A stretch of DNA of 64,000 nt from Octopus vulgaris (Eukaryota), in contig OX597814.1 in NCBI GenBank assembly GCA_951406725.2, forward strand, positions 191,022,001-191,086,000, given 5' to 3'. Position 1 is the stretch's first letter. Each line of letters begins with the position of its first letter. Positions 26,968 to 41,431 of this stretch are shown here, piece by piece. The position numbers and the translations under genes were made by a program. A model generated the notes under the pieces. It was not told where the DNA came from. It did not search any database and saw only the letters and a program-made list of their open reading frames with translations.

Positions 26968-27351
26968 TCTCTTTACTTGTTTCAGTCATTTGACTGTGGC
27001 CATGCTGGAGCACCACCTTTAGTCGAGCAAATCGACCCCGGGGCTTATTCTTTGTAAGCCCAGTACTTATTCTATCGGTCTCTTTTGCCAAACCGCTGAG
27101 TTACAGGGACATAAACACACCAGCATCGGTTGTCAGGCCATGCTAGGGGAACAAACACAGACACATAAACATACACACACACATATATACGAGCTTCATT
27201 GAGTTTCCGTCTACCAAATCCACTCACAAGGCTTTGGTCGGCCCGAGGCTATAGTAGAAGACACTTGCCCAAGGTGCCACGCAGTGGGACTGAACCTGGA
27301 ACCATGTGGTTGGTAAGTAAGCTACTTACCACACAGCCACTCCTGCGCCTA
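26968..27351 (-). mobile_element. SINE family A, full-length young copy
   Basis: Near-exact reverse complement of 38476-38845; CpGs largely retained. Confidence 0.92.
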
Positions 27352-28056
27352 TTGCACAAAATTTTTACAAAGTTGAGAATGGGCCACCCCGTACTGCACC
27401 TATTGTGAAATTTAAAAGGAAAAATGGCTGCTAATTCTAGCAAACCAAGTAACCACATAAGAGACTCCATTGTTGGCTACATTCAGAGAGACATAATTTT
27501 TTTTTACTAGGTAGACTAATCTGAGACAAAAAGAGTTAATCATCTTGCAAACCAATTACCAACAACAAAACACAAACTAATGATTGTAAGTGCCCTGAAC
27601 TCCAATGACCTCACTAAATATAGCCAGCTATTTACACCTTGTGATTAACATTAGGTCAAATTAAAGTTTTCTGAGTTTCTTAACAATACATGCCACTAAC
27701 TTATACATCATTCCGATCTACTTAAGTCTGTTCTCCAAGTTCAATAATATTTTCAACCTACTTTGTCAAGAAAGAAGAGAGAGAGAAATAAAGGAAATAT
27801 ATATATCTTTTTTATCTTATACTTGTTTCAATCACTGAACTGCAGCTTTGCAAGGGTACTGCCTTGAATGGTTTTAGTTGATCAAATCAACCCGATACTT
27901 TATTTTTCTTTTCAAAGTCTGATACTTGTTCTACTGTTCTCCTTTTGCTAAACTACTAAGTTACAGGGACATAAACAAACACTGGTTTTCAAGCAGTGCT
28001 GGTAGCAACAAACAAGGGGACACACACATATATCATCATTTATAATCCATTTTAGT

Positions 28057-28378
28057 ATTGACTGGCTTCCGTGCCAGTGAGACGTAAAAAGCACCAACCG
28101 ATCGTGGCCATTGCCAGCCTCCCCTGGCACCTGTGCCGGTGGCACGTAAAAAGCACCAACCAATCGTGGCCGTTGCCAGTCTCCCCTGGCACCTGTGCCG
28201 GTGGCATGTAAAAAGCACCCACTACACTCACGGAGTGGTTGGCGTTAGGAAGGGCATACAGCTGTAGAAACACTGCCAGATCAGACTGGAGCCTGGTGCA
28301 GCCTCCTGGCTTCCCAGACCCCGGTCGAACAATCCAACCATGCTACCATGGAAAACGGACGTTAAATGATGATGATGA
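28057..28378 (+). mobile_element. RTE 3'-end copy with tandemly duplicated UTR unit
   Basis: Three CGTAAAAAGCACC-type motifs about 62 bp apart; tail GTTAAATGATGATGATG; inserted inside a minus-strand SINE A. Confidence 0.85.
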
Positions 28379-30904
28379 AGTCCTTTTTGCCATACTGCTA
28401 GGCTACTGGAACATAAACAAACCAACACTAATTGTCAAGAGGTGAAATGCAACTACAAAGATGTACACAAACACACACACGTGATGGGTTCTCATATACA
28501 CAATTCACTCACAAGGTATTGGTCAGCCTGGGGTTATATAAGAAGACATCAGCCCAAGGTGTCACACACTGGGATTGAATCTGAAACCACATGGTTATGA
28601 AATAAACACCTTAACCACACAGCCATGCATGCACCTATGATCAAAATATTTACACTTCAAATTGGTGATAACTTCCTAGAAACCTTGTGAATCCCAAAAT
28701 ATCAAAGCCTGAAATAGGAAAAGAGAGAGAGATAGGGAAGAGGAAATGGAAATCACAGGGTGTGCCACTCTGTGAGTGAATGAAATGATTTTCAGCTGCA
28801 TTAGGTTGTATTCTTTGGTGTTGGTCAAAGAATGGGACACCAGTAATTGTCATATTTTCAGGCCCTTCCAGAAAGGCTACAATGACGCAGTTGATGTTCA
28901 GTTTAAACATCTGCAAGTTGATGTCTGCTGGTAAAATGAAGGTGGGGAGACATTTTCAGGGGGTAGCAATTCGTGTGGGATGGGGAAAGAATTGGAGTGT
29001 TAAGTACAAGACCCAAGAAGTGAGCTACAGTAGGGTTGATGAGAAGAGAAAAGATGAATGGGTTGGTATACCCATTAGAGGGAAAAAATTATTCAAGTAA
29101 CTCTCAGAAGAGCAGAGGCCATTGTCATAGCAACAGAAGAGGCAGAGAGAGGAGACATCACATCTGTGAAGTGTTTTCTATTGTGTGAATTTTTGTCAGT
29201 CAGTGGAATAGCTTAACAAAAGGAAATGTAATTAATTCACAACTAAAAATAAAGAACTTAATGCTCTAATATGGCCTTAGCTGTGATACTTAAAGCAACT
29301 AGTAGTATGTATGTAATACTTTCATTATAGCATTATCACTCTCTCTCTCTCTCAAAAGAACTAACACTTGAGTTTGCATTTACAGATTTGACTATATCTA
29401 ATTATAATTTGATTCTAGTTTTCTGTTTGTTGTAGGATATGCAGCAGATGATAATGTGAGGCTAATATGCTAAACTTACTTGCACACCATTTGATCACAC
29501 TAGTAACTGATAAGTCCAATAGACTTCCATTTCTATATACAAAAATCATTTAAGCAAGTATCAACAATACACAGTGATAAATGGTTAGAAACCTGATTTA
29601 ATAGGTGAGATTTCTCATGTTAAAATATTTACTTAATCACACCTAACATTAACTGTTTTCACATAGTTACATATACATTGGCAATTTATTCACAATCTTC
29701 ACTCTAGCAAACTGAAAAGGTGAACTATAAAGCAATGAATGGATTCAATTAAATTTCTCTTTATACAGATAAGAGAATACAAAACAGTCTAAATCTCCCT
29801 AAGCACAGGAAAAATGCAACATCGTTATCTAGAAAGTTGAATAATTATTTGTTCACCAAGAGTTAGATATTACAATACAGAGAACTTGAAAAATGATAAA
29901 AGTAGAGTGCTGTGTGCGTGTGTACAGCCATGAACACATAGACACAGGAAGTTTGACAAAGGATGTGTCTTGCTTTCAGTAACATAGGGTAAAAAAAAAA
30001 ATGCTTTCGATTGCCTTTAATAATCAAATGGTGAGTACATTTGCCCTTTTCAATGAGAAATTTAATCCAGAAATATAAATTATACAAATCAGAAATAGAA
30101 ATATTAGAAATCAGGAAAGTATAATAAATAGTAACTGATGTTTTTATAACAGAAGAGATTTATTATAGTCATGAATAAAATTCCACTTCATGATAATTAT
30201 CAGACAGAAATTATAGACTATATTCTTCTCTGCTATAAAAAGTATTTCCTGAAACCATTTTTCATACAATAGATAGGCCCTTTAATTTAAACAACTCAGA
30301 ACAAGAGAGTTTTAGAAATTTGTTTATGAAAGCACACACGGCTACTTTGAAGATTGGTTGGATCTAAGACTTCAATTCAATCAAACAGAATTAAAGCTGT
30401 CAGGCAATCCAACTTAGAAGGAAGCTCTGGAAAATGGAATAACAAATCTACAAATAGAAGATACCAAAGGAATTCTTCTCCGATGAAGAACCTCAATTAA
30501 CACTTCAATTTAAAAGTGCAACCAATATGATCAATCTGTCAATCACATTTACAACAACCAACAACAAACACAAATGTAACAATCATAGCAAATATTGCTT
30601 ATCACAATTCCTTGGCATATCTCGTAGCAATCAGAGTCCTATGGGCCAACATCTATTTAAGTATGATAAATGTTCTTTAAAAAGCTAAAGCTACTGAAAT
30701 AAAACAATCAATTTTATATGCATCCAGTTTGAGGTCAGAGCTTCTAACAATCATCTAGATGAAAAACATAACTTGAGATGGCTTTCTTCTAAGAACAAGT
30801 TGTGACTTCTTGAGTAACTATAGCAATTATATAAGCCTTTAATGGTAGGTTTTTATACATACAATTTGAATCTTCAGTTGCATTTGATTTTAATAACTTC
30901 TTAA

Positions 30905-31117
30905 CTATTTTGATACTATATTTCTGTCAAAATACAATGTCTCGGTTTCAGTTAATTTTGAAAATAAAGAATTTAGTAAAATAACTGTCATTATTAAGTT
31001 GGTGTTCAGAGCATAAATTTACATAAAAGATGGAAACTTTTAACTTAGATGATTTTAAAACAGGAAGTTTATATCATAAAACCAAGGAAGGTCTCAGGCA
31101 AGATGGTAACAAAAGGG
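30905..31117 (-). mobile_element. piggyBac-type MITE P1
   Basis: TTAA...GGTAACAAAAGGG-TTAA; reverse-complement similarity to 9555-9776. Confidence 0.75.
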
Positions 31118-32679
31118 TTAAAATGTAACACAATGCTTAGATGAGGCCAGACAGGAGAGACAGAATTGTCTGCTGAGAACATATAAGGAACAGGTAAAGA
31201 AGTAATGTGAGAAGGCACTGAAATGGTATAGAGATTAAAGGCATCATAACCCTACCCAATCTAGGAGAAAGAAAAATTTCAAATGGAGCACTAATAATCT
31301 CAGAAAGTAGAAATGAAACAGAGAAGAAACAATGATTAAATAAAACAAATTTATCAAGTCAACATCATGAAAAATATATAAACCTCTCTAATCCACATTG
31401 TGGAGATAACGATGTAAACATTTATGGTTATTGCCTTTCATTTAAAACATCAGGGGGTTTCTAATGACTAATCAAGCTCTCAAAATTATATTTTCCAACT
31501 TGTTAATCAATAAAAAATTATTTTAGCATAAAAGAAAGAAAAAAAACTTAAACTGAAAGTAATTTCAAGAGATGATGTTAAACATACCAATAAAATTCTG
31601 AAATAATTGTTTTTTAAGCAGCTTTTAATATTTGTAGCTTACACTAAATTTTGATCAATGACTGTCATCAGGTGTCTTATTCCTGGAGGTGTACATAGTT
31701 CCAGATTGGATTCAAACTAAGCTACTTCTAAACAAAGAATAACATAATTTTCACTAACAAATTTCTGTGTTTCTTCATAATTGTACACCATTTTCTCTAA
31801 TCCAGGGCCAGACACATCCAAACATGATATCTGATGTTGGCAGAGATAATACGAATCAAAATGTACTGTAGGTGTAAATATTTAAAAACCACCATCTCTA
31901 AAGATGAAGTTAATAATCAAGAAAATTATTATAATATTAACAACCCACCTCAGGCATTTAGACAACCATTTTATTTTGGGTTCAGTCCTATTATTGACCC
32001 AAGTTAACCAATGCTTTGCAAGTGAATATGAGCGACAGAAACTGTATGGAAGCCTGTCATATGTGTGCATCTGACAACCAGTGATGGTTTAGGAGTTCAG
32101 TAAAAAAAAGCCAATAGAATAAGAACCCCCTCTCTCCCTCTTTCTCTTTCGGAGAGGCACTGAGCACCTACATGCACACACGGCAGTAACTTCCACCTAC
32201 CGAATTCAATCACAGAGCTTCGGTCGGCTTGGGGCTATAGTAGAAGACACCTGCCCAAAGTGCCACGCAGTGGGACTGAACCCGAAACCACATAGCTAGG
32301 AAGCAAGCTCCCTAACCACACAGCCATGCCCGAGGTTTAAAAAACAAGTACTGGGATTGATTTATATAACTAAACCTGTCGAGGTGGTGCCCAGTATGGC
32401 CGCAATCAAATAACGAAACCAGTAAAAAGATTTCGTTTATACAAGTTGAAAATGACCAGAAGCAAATATTGTTGACTACAAATATTGTTGACTACAAATA
32501 TTGTTGATAAAAAAAAAAATGCAACACAAAACCTCATAAGTTATTCTCTCCATTACACAAACAGAATCAAACAATTTTTTTCTGTTGTTGGAAACTATTA
32601 ACAACACCCCACTTATATGAGACCTTTTAATCGTGTATTACATGCAGACGCATAACATAAGCAATGCAACCGTTGTCAA

Positions 32680-33000
32680 AAAAAAAACTATAAAACAAGT
32701 TTTATGACATGCAGCCTACAAACTAGTCTTCCTCGACATCTGCAGATTGCACACTTCTAATTATTCCTGCAACTACTTTCGCTAACAATCTTGGAGTTGT
32801 TTAGCTGTCAGTTGTCTTTCACTTGTACATTCTTATGGATGGTTGTAATGTCTTCATTTTCTCATTCATTTAAGACTGCTACACATTTCTACTGTCACTG
32901 ATGACATTTCTCGCAGAATAGGATAATCTTTCCTTTAGCCGTTGATCAATAATTTTCATCTCCGTCACATACTAATCTTCGCAGCTATGGCTCTGAAATT
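32680..33000 (-). pseudogene. Highly decayed Tc1-like transposase N-terminal relic
   Basis: Minus-strand frames give MKIIDQRLKERLSYS and ERQLTAKQLQD, resembling Tc1 HTH segments; many frameshifts. Confidence 0.35.
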
Positions 33001-33954
33001 ACGCTGGTATTGTTTTACCAGTCATTTAATAACTATTAACTTGATCATCAAATTTTAGTGAGGTCACAGTTAATTATTTCACCTTTTGGCTTATTTCAGT
33101 CATCAGACTGCAGCCATTCTGGGGCACTGCCTTGAGTTTTAGTCAGACAAATCAATTCCTTTACAAACCACTAAGTTATGGGGACATAACTTAGTGGTTG
33201 TCAAGTAGTAGTGGGGGACACACAGACACAAAGATACATACACATGATGGGCTGGTTTCAGTTTCCATTTACCAAATCCATTCACAAGGCTTTGGTCAGT
33301 CCAAGGCTATGATAGAAGACAGTCACCTAAGGTACCACACACTGGAATTGAACCCAGAACCATGTGGTTGGGAAGCAAACTTCTTACCACACAACCATGT
33401 CAACTCCAGACTTATTAGGCTGGAGTTTATACTTAGGACTAAGAAGGTAGGAGCTTAATCCAGTTTCAATGGTGTATAAATGACAGATTATAACATTCCC
33501 TGAATGGGGTGCTAGTCCATCACAGGATTAACTTCCCAGCTATTGCTGGAACTCATTTATAGCTGAATAGACTAGAGCAACATCGAATGAAGTGCTTCTG
33601 TTCGATAACACAAAGCTCTGCCTAGTTCAGGAATCAAAACCACAATCTCATGATATTAGTGCAACACCCTAACTACTAGGCCGTGTGTTTTCACAGTACC
33701 TGACTGGCACTCGGTTTGTCAACCCATGAAGGATTAAAGGCAAAACTGACCTCAGTGAGAATGCAAAGAGATGTATCACAACATATTTTGTCTGGTGATC
33801 TACCAATTCCTCTTGTTAAATGGTCAGCATGACCATTCACGACAACGAGGCAACACAAAGGTATCCCATGAATTTAATACAAAATTTCAAATCAGAGAGA
33901 GAGAGAGAGTGTGTGTGTGTGTGTGTGTATGGAGAGAGAGAGAGAGATTATTAA

Positions 33955-34166
33955 TCTTTTAGCATTTAAACCAGCCAATGCTGTCCCAAATATTCTACCT
34001 GTTTTATGTTCAAAGCACCCATGTCTGACTTCTCATACCTACCCTACAATGTCATTCTAAAAACAATCACAACACTAAAATCTCAGAGCTATAATACATA
34101 ATTATTTCGCAATAATGTGAATAGATAAGTATTACATTTGACAAAGTAATCTAAATGCTAAAAGGG
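33955..34166 (-). mobile_element. piggyBac-type MITE P2
   Basis: TTAA-TCTTTTAGCATT...AATGCTAAAAGGG-TCAA; reverse complement of 18714-18933. Confidence 0.75.
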
Positions 34167-34848
34167 TCAATATTTAGCTGAAGCAACAGAGTGACTTGAG
34201 GGCCGAAGGTTTTGAGCAATAGCACTTATCAAAATGTGTGCATCTATATTTTACCATATTCATATATCTTATACAGTAAAAATTACAGACTTTTCCTTTC
34301 CACAACAACAATTTAAATTAACATTTCGGAAATCCTAATTTACATTTTACTCTTGGAAAGATTTTCTTTAACCAACCAAAAATTAAAGCAAATCAATGTT
34401 TATGAATCAATCAACCGCATTACTGTTAACGATTTTCCAAAAATTTCTAAATTAACATTATTCATTTATTTCTTCAACTATTTTTTTTTCCCCTTTCCAC
34501 ATAGCATTTCATGGTAGACTAATTATACTCACAGATTTCTAGTTTAATGCTGAAGTGTTCTGATACAAAAGATTCTTTTAGATTTTTGCAAAGTTTCAGT
34601 CATTTGCTATCTCATTAAACAGATCCAATTAACAGTAACAATTAAATGCAAGAATTCATCACCTGCTACAACACCTCAACACCTACCTTTCCTCTTATTG
34701 TTACCATTAACAGATTGTCCCATCCCACCCCATACTAAATGTTGTCCAATCCTTTCTCCCCAGGGATGCTGTCCTCAAGTTACTTCCAACAAATAACTTG
34801 CAACAATCCATTAAATACATTACTTCTTTATCTCAGAAAGTTTGATAT

Positions 34849-35250
34849 AGGCGTAGGAGTGGCTGTGTGGTAAGTAGCTTGTTTACGAACTGCATGGTTC
34901 CAGATTCAGTCACACTGCATGGCACCTTGGGCAAGTGTCTTCTACTATAGCCTCGGGCCAACCAAAGCTTTGTGAGTGGATTTGGTAGATGGAAACTGAA
35001 AGAAGCCCGTCGTATATATGTATATATATATATATGTGTGTGTGTGTATATGTTTGTTCCCCTAGCATGGCTTGACAACCGATGATGGTGTGTTTATGTC
35101 TCCGTAACTTAGCAGTTTGGCAAAGAGAGACCAATAGAATAAGTACTAGGCTTACAAAGAATAAGTCCTGGGGTCGATTTGCTTGACTAAAGGCGGTGCT
35201 CCAGCATAGCCACAGTCAAATGACTGAAGCAAGTAAAAGCGTAAAAGATT
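34849..35250 (+). mobile_element. SINE family A, full-length
   Basis: Complete head, CORE-like centre, microsatellite and tail. Confidence 0.92.
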
Positions 35251-35627
35251 ATAACAATGAGCACCTCAGTTTCTTCACAAACTATAATGTAAATGGTATG
35301 TTCTGTAAAATCAAAACAAAAACTCTACTGATTAAATCATTCAATATTTTCTTTCCTCTGTGGTGCACCATCATACCACACCTTAAACTACTTTTAACTA
35401 ATACATCTATACATAATTCAATATACTGATTTATATTTATAGATCTAAAATATCCATACTGACTTTCGGTATTAACCTGTATGTGCATGCTCACGAACAC
35501 ATCTTTTATTTGTTTGTCATTGGACTGTAGCCATACTGGGGAATCACCTCAAAGGGTTTAGTTGAACAAATTGATTCCCTATTTATTTTTTAAATATGGT
35601 ATCAATTCTCTCTCTCTTAATGTATGT

Positions 35628-35945
35628 ATCATCATCATCGTTTAAAGTCCGCTTTCCATGCTAGCATGGGTTGGACGATTTGACTGAGGTCTGGCAAACC
35701 AGATGGCTGCACCAGGTTCCAATCTGATCTGGTGGAGTTTCTACAGCTGGATGCCCTTCCTAACGACAACCACTCTGAGAGTGTAGTGGGTGCTTCTACG
35801 TGCCACTGGCATGAAGGCCAGTCATGCGGTACTGGCAACGACCTCGCGTGAATGTTTTTTCACGTGCCAGTAAGGCAATGCTGGTAATGGTCACACTCGA
35901 ATGGTGCTTTTTATGTGCCACCGGCACAGAAGCCAGTCAGCTGCC
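35628..35945 (-). mobile_element. RTE 3'-end copy
   Basis: (CAT)n tail followed by the diagnostic GGATGCCCTTCCTAACG..AACCACTC motif. Confidence 0.85.
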
Positions 35946-36840
35946 ATGGGTTATGGTCTCAGAGCTATAATTTTACAACCACACAACATCTATATGTCTG
36001 TCTAAAATATAGTTTATATAAGAATGCTCACTACCTGTATGTTTGTAAAAATAAAAAAACATTTTTGGAGTTCTGGTATTTGAAATATTTATTCCTAGAC
36101 TTCAAACAACTAGCCCAAGAAGGCCACAACTGAGTCTGGAACAGGCAAAACAGCATTACATATCTTCATTAACATGCTGCAGCTATCTCTAAATCCTATA
36201 AAATAATTAGTTTCATAATTCTCATACACATTTTTTTGCTCTCTCAACATTTCAAAGATTAAAAGGGACCAACAAGCGAATGGCTCTAAAACAATTATTA
36301 AGTTCTAAAGTGTACTTTTCATAGATATGTGATACCAACAATCATAGCATACAGTCTCTTCTTGCTTGGGCTACAAATCAGAACAGTAAAACAAAAAGCT
36401 TTTATTTCCCTTTTGTTTGTTGCTATTCAGTCAGAGTAGTTAAGCAGTGGAAGCAAATGCTTGCTGTTGGTGATAAATGTAGTTGCCTTTTTGTGGTAGG
36501 AAGGTGTAACTGGATCAGACTTCTCATCCAAGACCATGTCCACTCATAGCCAGCTTTTGAAAGTAGTTCACTTTCTCATTGATTTCAAATCTTGGTGCAA
36601 GGCCAGTAATTTTAGAAGCAGGGGTAAGTCAATTACAGTATTCAACTGGTTTTTATTTTATCGAGCATGAAAGAATGAGATGGTAAAGTCAACCTCAGTG
36701 GAATTTGAACTCACAATGCACAGACTGACAAAATACCACTAAGCATTTGCCCAACATGCTAACAATTCTGCCTAGCTTACTTGCTAATATTCAAATAAGT
36801 GTTTGCACCAAGTCCTGCTTTTATTTTAATTTTATAGCAC

Positions 36841-37925
36841 ATTAGCAGACATACCCAGCATTGCTTGGGATTTAAATGGCATAATTTGTAAATATGGTAG
36901 TTAAGCTGAAACGTGATATGGGGAAGTGCAGCATTGATGACAAAACATTTGTGGAGTAAATGAAGGGTTAATTTGACTAAGTGACATGTTATGTGTCTGT
37001 TTGGAAAATTCCCGACCTTAACCTTGTCATGGAAAACTGGGGGAGGGTATGTGAGTTTTGAACACACCAAAAAGTTCTCAGTGGATATATTCTCGTTGCG
37101 ACTGTTGGCTATGTGATAAACTAAGCCTGTAGGCATGCTCAACAGCACCACATGAGAGAAATCTACATGAAAGAAATGGCGTGGTAATTAGGGGTGACTG
37201 GCAAGGAAGCACTTGAAAACAACACTGTCATGCAATACTTCAGTTTGAATCAATAGTCGTGGCCCAATCGTGCACTCCATGTAAACAGCATGGGACCATT
37301 GAGAGGACAACTCAGCTCCCAAAAGAAAACAATTCTGCATGCAGCGTGAGGGTACGCAAGGTCACATTAAGGACACAGTCTCGAACAAATGTGGTTGGGT
37401 CTCAGACACCATAAATTAATAGGTTAATGTACATGCAATATTTCGGTTTGTAACCAATAGCTGAAGAATATTTGTATGGGTTTCATCTATGCTTAGAAGG
37501 AAGACTTTGATACTGAAGCTAAAAGAAAATAATTGCTCAGGATTTAATATATTTTAACATATTTCTCATAATAAACAGTACATGCCAAACGGTTTTTATT
37601 CCAACGAATTGCTACCTATGGTACTATGAGAACAGGCTATTATTGTTACCACTCAGACATCGCAGTTTGAAGTCTACATCGGTTCATCCATTTAATACAA
37701 CCTACTTATATCATTTCAGTAACTGTTTTTTTGCAGGTTGAATAGAAACAATACGTACCCCAGGAAAGGGTATTTTCCGCTCCCAGGGGCCCCATTACTC
37801 ATTATGTGAAAAAATTTTAAGAGTCTAAAACCATCTCTGAAACATAACTAATGTACGTTCCCATTTTGGAGAAAATCAGTTGTGAACTTCAGAAGTTATG
37901 TGGGTTTACAGACACACACATCCTC
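36841..37925 (-). mobile_element. Older non-autonomous Helitron-like element (second family)
   Basis: Left end ATTAGCAGACATACCCAGCATTGCTTGGGAT looks like a CpG-decayed ACTAG...ACCCGGCGTTGC.CGGG Helitron 3' terminus on the minus strand; right end ...GTTTACAGACACACACATC is cut by a SINE. Extent uncertain. Confidence 0.45.
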
Positions 37926-38475
37926 AGTGTGGTTAAAAAGTTTGCTTTCCAATTATATGATCTCAAATTCAGTCCCACTATGCAGTACCTTGGGAAAGTG
38001 TCTTCTGTTATAGCCCTGGACTGACCAAAGTCTTGTAAGTGGACTTGGTGGATGGAAACTGAATGTAGTCTATTGTGTGTGTGTGCCTTTTTCTTCACAT
38101 TATGTGATGATTGTAAACAAACATGACCATCATACAAGCGACATTGTTTCCAGTTTTCCATGAAAAACTTGTGTGGCCATGGGGAAATATTAGCTTGCCT
38201 AGAAGAAGATGAGGGTGGACAACAGGAAAGACATCCAGCCATTAGAAAGACCAAAACAAAAAAATCAATCTGTGGCAACAAACTCCATCTGACGCATACA
38301 AGCAAAGAAAAGTGAACATTAAGTGAGGACGACAATAATGATTATAGGGCATTCGTGACACAGAGTACTTACTTTAATTAAATTAACAATTCTGACAACT
38401 GGTAGTGATAATGGTAACTGACAGAGTATTATAAACTATAAAAACATTTGACCCTCTCAATATATATATATATAT

Positions 38476-38845
38476 AGGCGCAGGAGTGGCTATGTGGTAA
38501 GTAGCTTGCTTACCAACCACATGGTTCTGGGTTCAGTCCCACTGCGTGGCACCTTGGGCAAGTGTCTTCTACTATAGCCTCAGGCCGTCAGAAACTGAAA
38601 GAAGCCTGTCGTATATGTATATATATATATGTGTGTGTGTTTGTGTCTGTTTGTCCCCTCAACATCGCTTGATAACCGATGCTGGTGTGTTTCCATCCCC
38701 ATAACTTAGTGGTTCGGCAAAAGGGACCGATAGAATAAGTACTAGGCTTACAAAGAATAAGTTCTGGGGTCGATGTGCTCGACTAAAGGCGGTGCTCCAG
38801 CATGTCCGCAGTCAAATGACTGAAACAAGTAAAAGAGTAAAGAGA
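38476..38845 (+). mobile_element. SINE family A, near full-length
   Basis: GGCGCAGGAGTGGCTATGTGGTAAG...GGGTTCAGTCCCACTGCGTGGCACCTTGGGCAAGTGTC...AAGTAAAAGAGTAAAGAG; small internal deletion. Confidence 0.92.
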
Positions 38846-39792
38846 ATATATATATAGAGTGGTTAGTCCACATTACTCTGTAAGGAGCATAAGGCTGGTT
38901 TCTCAGTTTCTCTGGAGTATATATTCCTCCTGGACAGGACACCTGTCTATTACAAGATTACCCACTTTTACTAGCTGAAGGAACTGGAGTAATGTGAAAT
39001 TAAGTGTCTTGCTCAAGAACACAATGATCACCCAGTCCAGAAATTGAAACCACAATCTCATGATCAGGAGTCCAACACACTAACCACTAAGCCATGTGCC
39101 TACACACACAAACACACACACAAACACACAGATACACATATTCCAACTGCTTCAAAATCAGTTATTAAAGGCTAATTAACTATTAAAACACAATGTAACA
39201 TTATTTATATTTTCTTTAACATGAACAGGATCTACCTCTTTCTTTCTCAGTCATATTGTCTTTTCATCTATAATCCTTTATAAGTAGACTAATTGATTGA
39301 ATGAATAATAAATATCTCAACTTCCTATTCTACCTGTAATAATTGCTAAGCTTAATTAAAAGACTGGTATTTCTCTGTATGAAATGCATATGAAGCCTTG
39401 TGTAACTCTGTGCATTATAAGAACAGAATGGTTTTGTTGTGTTCAAGAAGTTTCCTTCACAACCATATACGAGGTTCTCAGTTCAATCACACAGGGCAGA
39501 ATGTTGAACAAGTGTCTTCTATAGCCTTGCATTTGCTGAAAGTTCATCAAATATATACACACACAAACACATAAAAAATATAATCATACACATATATATG
39601 TATACACATGCATACAAATACATAACACACACAAAAAAATATAATATAATCATACATATATATGTGTGTGTGTGTGTATATATATATATGTGTATATATA
39701 TACATATATATATTATATACACACATATGCATACAAATACATTATATATATATGACACACACAGAGATATGTGTACCCAGAGATACATGCAT

Positions 39793-39976
39793 ATCATCAT
39801 CATCATTTAGCGTCCGCTTTCCATGCTAGCATGGGTTGGACGGGTCAACTGGGGTCCGTGAAGCTGGAAGGCTTCGTCAGGCCCAGTCAGATCTGGCAGT
39901 GTTTCTACGGCTGGATGCCCTTCCTAATGCCAACCACTCCGCGAGTGTAGTGGGTGTTTTTTACGTGCCACCTGCA
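39793..39976 (-). mobile_element. RTE 3'-end copy within a degenerate (TA/CA)n tract
   Basis: (CAT)n tail and diagnostic UTR motif. Confidence 0.85.
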
Positions 39977-40625
39977 CTTACATGCATATACATGGATTTA
40001 TATTACCATGTGTTATCTTACCTTTAGAATAGATACAAGTTGATGAAAGGCTAGGTGACATAAAGGTTATCAGGCCATAAAACCTATGCCTCAGAAACCC
40101 TCGCCAGCATGGAAAAGCAAATATAAAATGTTGATATTACACACACACACACACACATTAGAAAAACAGGCTTCTTTCAGTTTCTGTCTACCAAAGGTAC
40201 TCACTCACAAGCCTTTGGTTGGCCTATATTAGAAGACCCTTGCCCAAAGTGATTGAACCTGGAACCAAGTGGCTGGAACCTCTTAAACACAGTCATGTCT
40301 TCAGCAACATACACACACACACCTTTCACTAATGTGTATTGGCAAAAAACTCACACCACTTTTTCCATTAGAAATACATAAAGCAGTGATTGACACAGTG
40401 GAAAGCTGTAAGCATAATACTATTGATAAATAAATATATATATATGTATATATATAAACTCAAAGCAAACACTAAAGATAAATGGTGAAGATATTAACAT
40501 ATATGAAAAAGTGACGCTATAAACAATAAATGTCAGTGAGCTGTGAAACACTAATGTACAAAACATCAATGATTTGTATATGTGAGAGAATTATATTGAA
40601 CTCAACAGGTGATGTGTCTGACTGT

Positions 40626-40878
40626 TGTTTGGCCTCAATGTGCCAACCCTGATTGAGATGACAGAACTTTGATCAAAAGTGTACCAGTAATGTAATCTGG
40701 ACTCCCATCATCCATTGAGAAGAGTGCGATTAGGCTGCTGTTTCTAGCATGCTGTTTGGCCTCAATGTGCCAACCCTGACTGAGATGAGTGAACTCTGAT
40801 CAAAAGTGTACCAGTAATGTAATCTGGACTCCCATCATCCATTGAGAGGAGTGTGATTAGGCTGCTATTTCTAGCAGC
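40626..40878. repeat. Tandem duplication, 127-bp unit x2
   Basis: TGTTTGGCCTCAATGTGCCAACCCTGA...GGCTGCT.TTTCTAGCA starts at 40626 and again at 40753, with a handful of mismatches. Confidence 0.95.
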
Positions 40879-41431
40879 ATGAGTAACCATTTTGAAGCAC
40901 TCTCTGGTGGTTGATGGTAAAGCAGAAATAACCTACTAGTCAGGAGTTAAACCTTGCGGAATATACCAAATAACAATTTTGGTAGGGAACGAGTTCCTGA
41001 TATCAAAATGTATATAGATACAGGTATGGCTGTGTGGTCAAGAAGGTTACCTTGCAATCACATCGTTCTGGGTTCAGTCCCACTGCATAGCACCTTGAGC
41101 AAGTGTCTTCTATTAAACACGTGGACCGACCAAAGCCTTCTGAGTCAATTTGGTAGATAGAAACTGTGTGGAAGCCTACTGTGTATGTGTGTCCCAGCCA
41201 CCACCAGTGCTGTGAGAACTATGTTGATTTGCTTACATCCTTATAACTCACTGTTTTGGCAAAAGAGATCAACAGAAAAAGCACCAGACTTAAATCCAAT
41301 TAAACCCTTCAAGACAGTGCCACAGCATGGCCGTAGTCCAATAACTAAAACAAGTAAAAGAATAAGCTTTCTTTTGACTGAAGAATGGACCCCCTTTTGT
41401 AAAGGAAAAGGGATGCAGATGGCCAAATTCA

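Noticed and set aside
28075-28222. CRISPR-like array from the repeated GCACGTAAAAAGCACC motif
   Set aside because: Only 2-3 units, spacers resemble each other, eukaryotic retroelement UTR context, no cas genes.
29420-29462. Plus-strand micro-exon (tgttgtag|GATATGCAGCAGATGATAAT|gtgagg)
   Set aside because: 20 nt, weak donor context, no corroboration.
36777-37151. 124-aa ORF as a gene
   Set aside because: No recognisable domain, and it overlaps a probable non-autonomous Helitron end.
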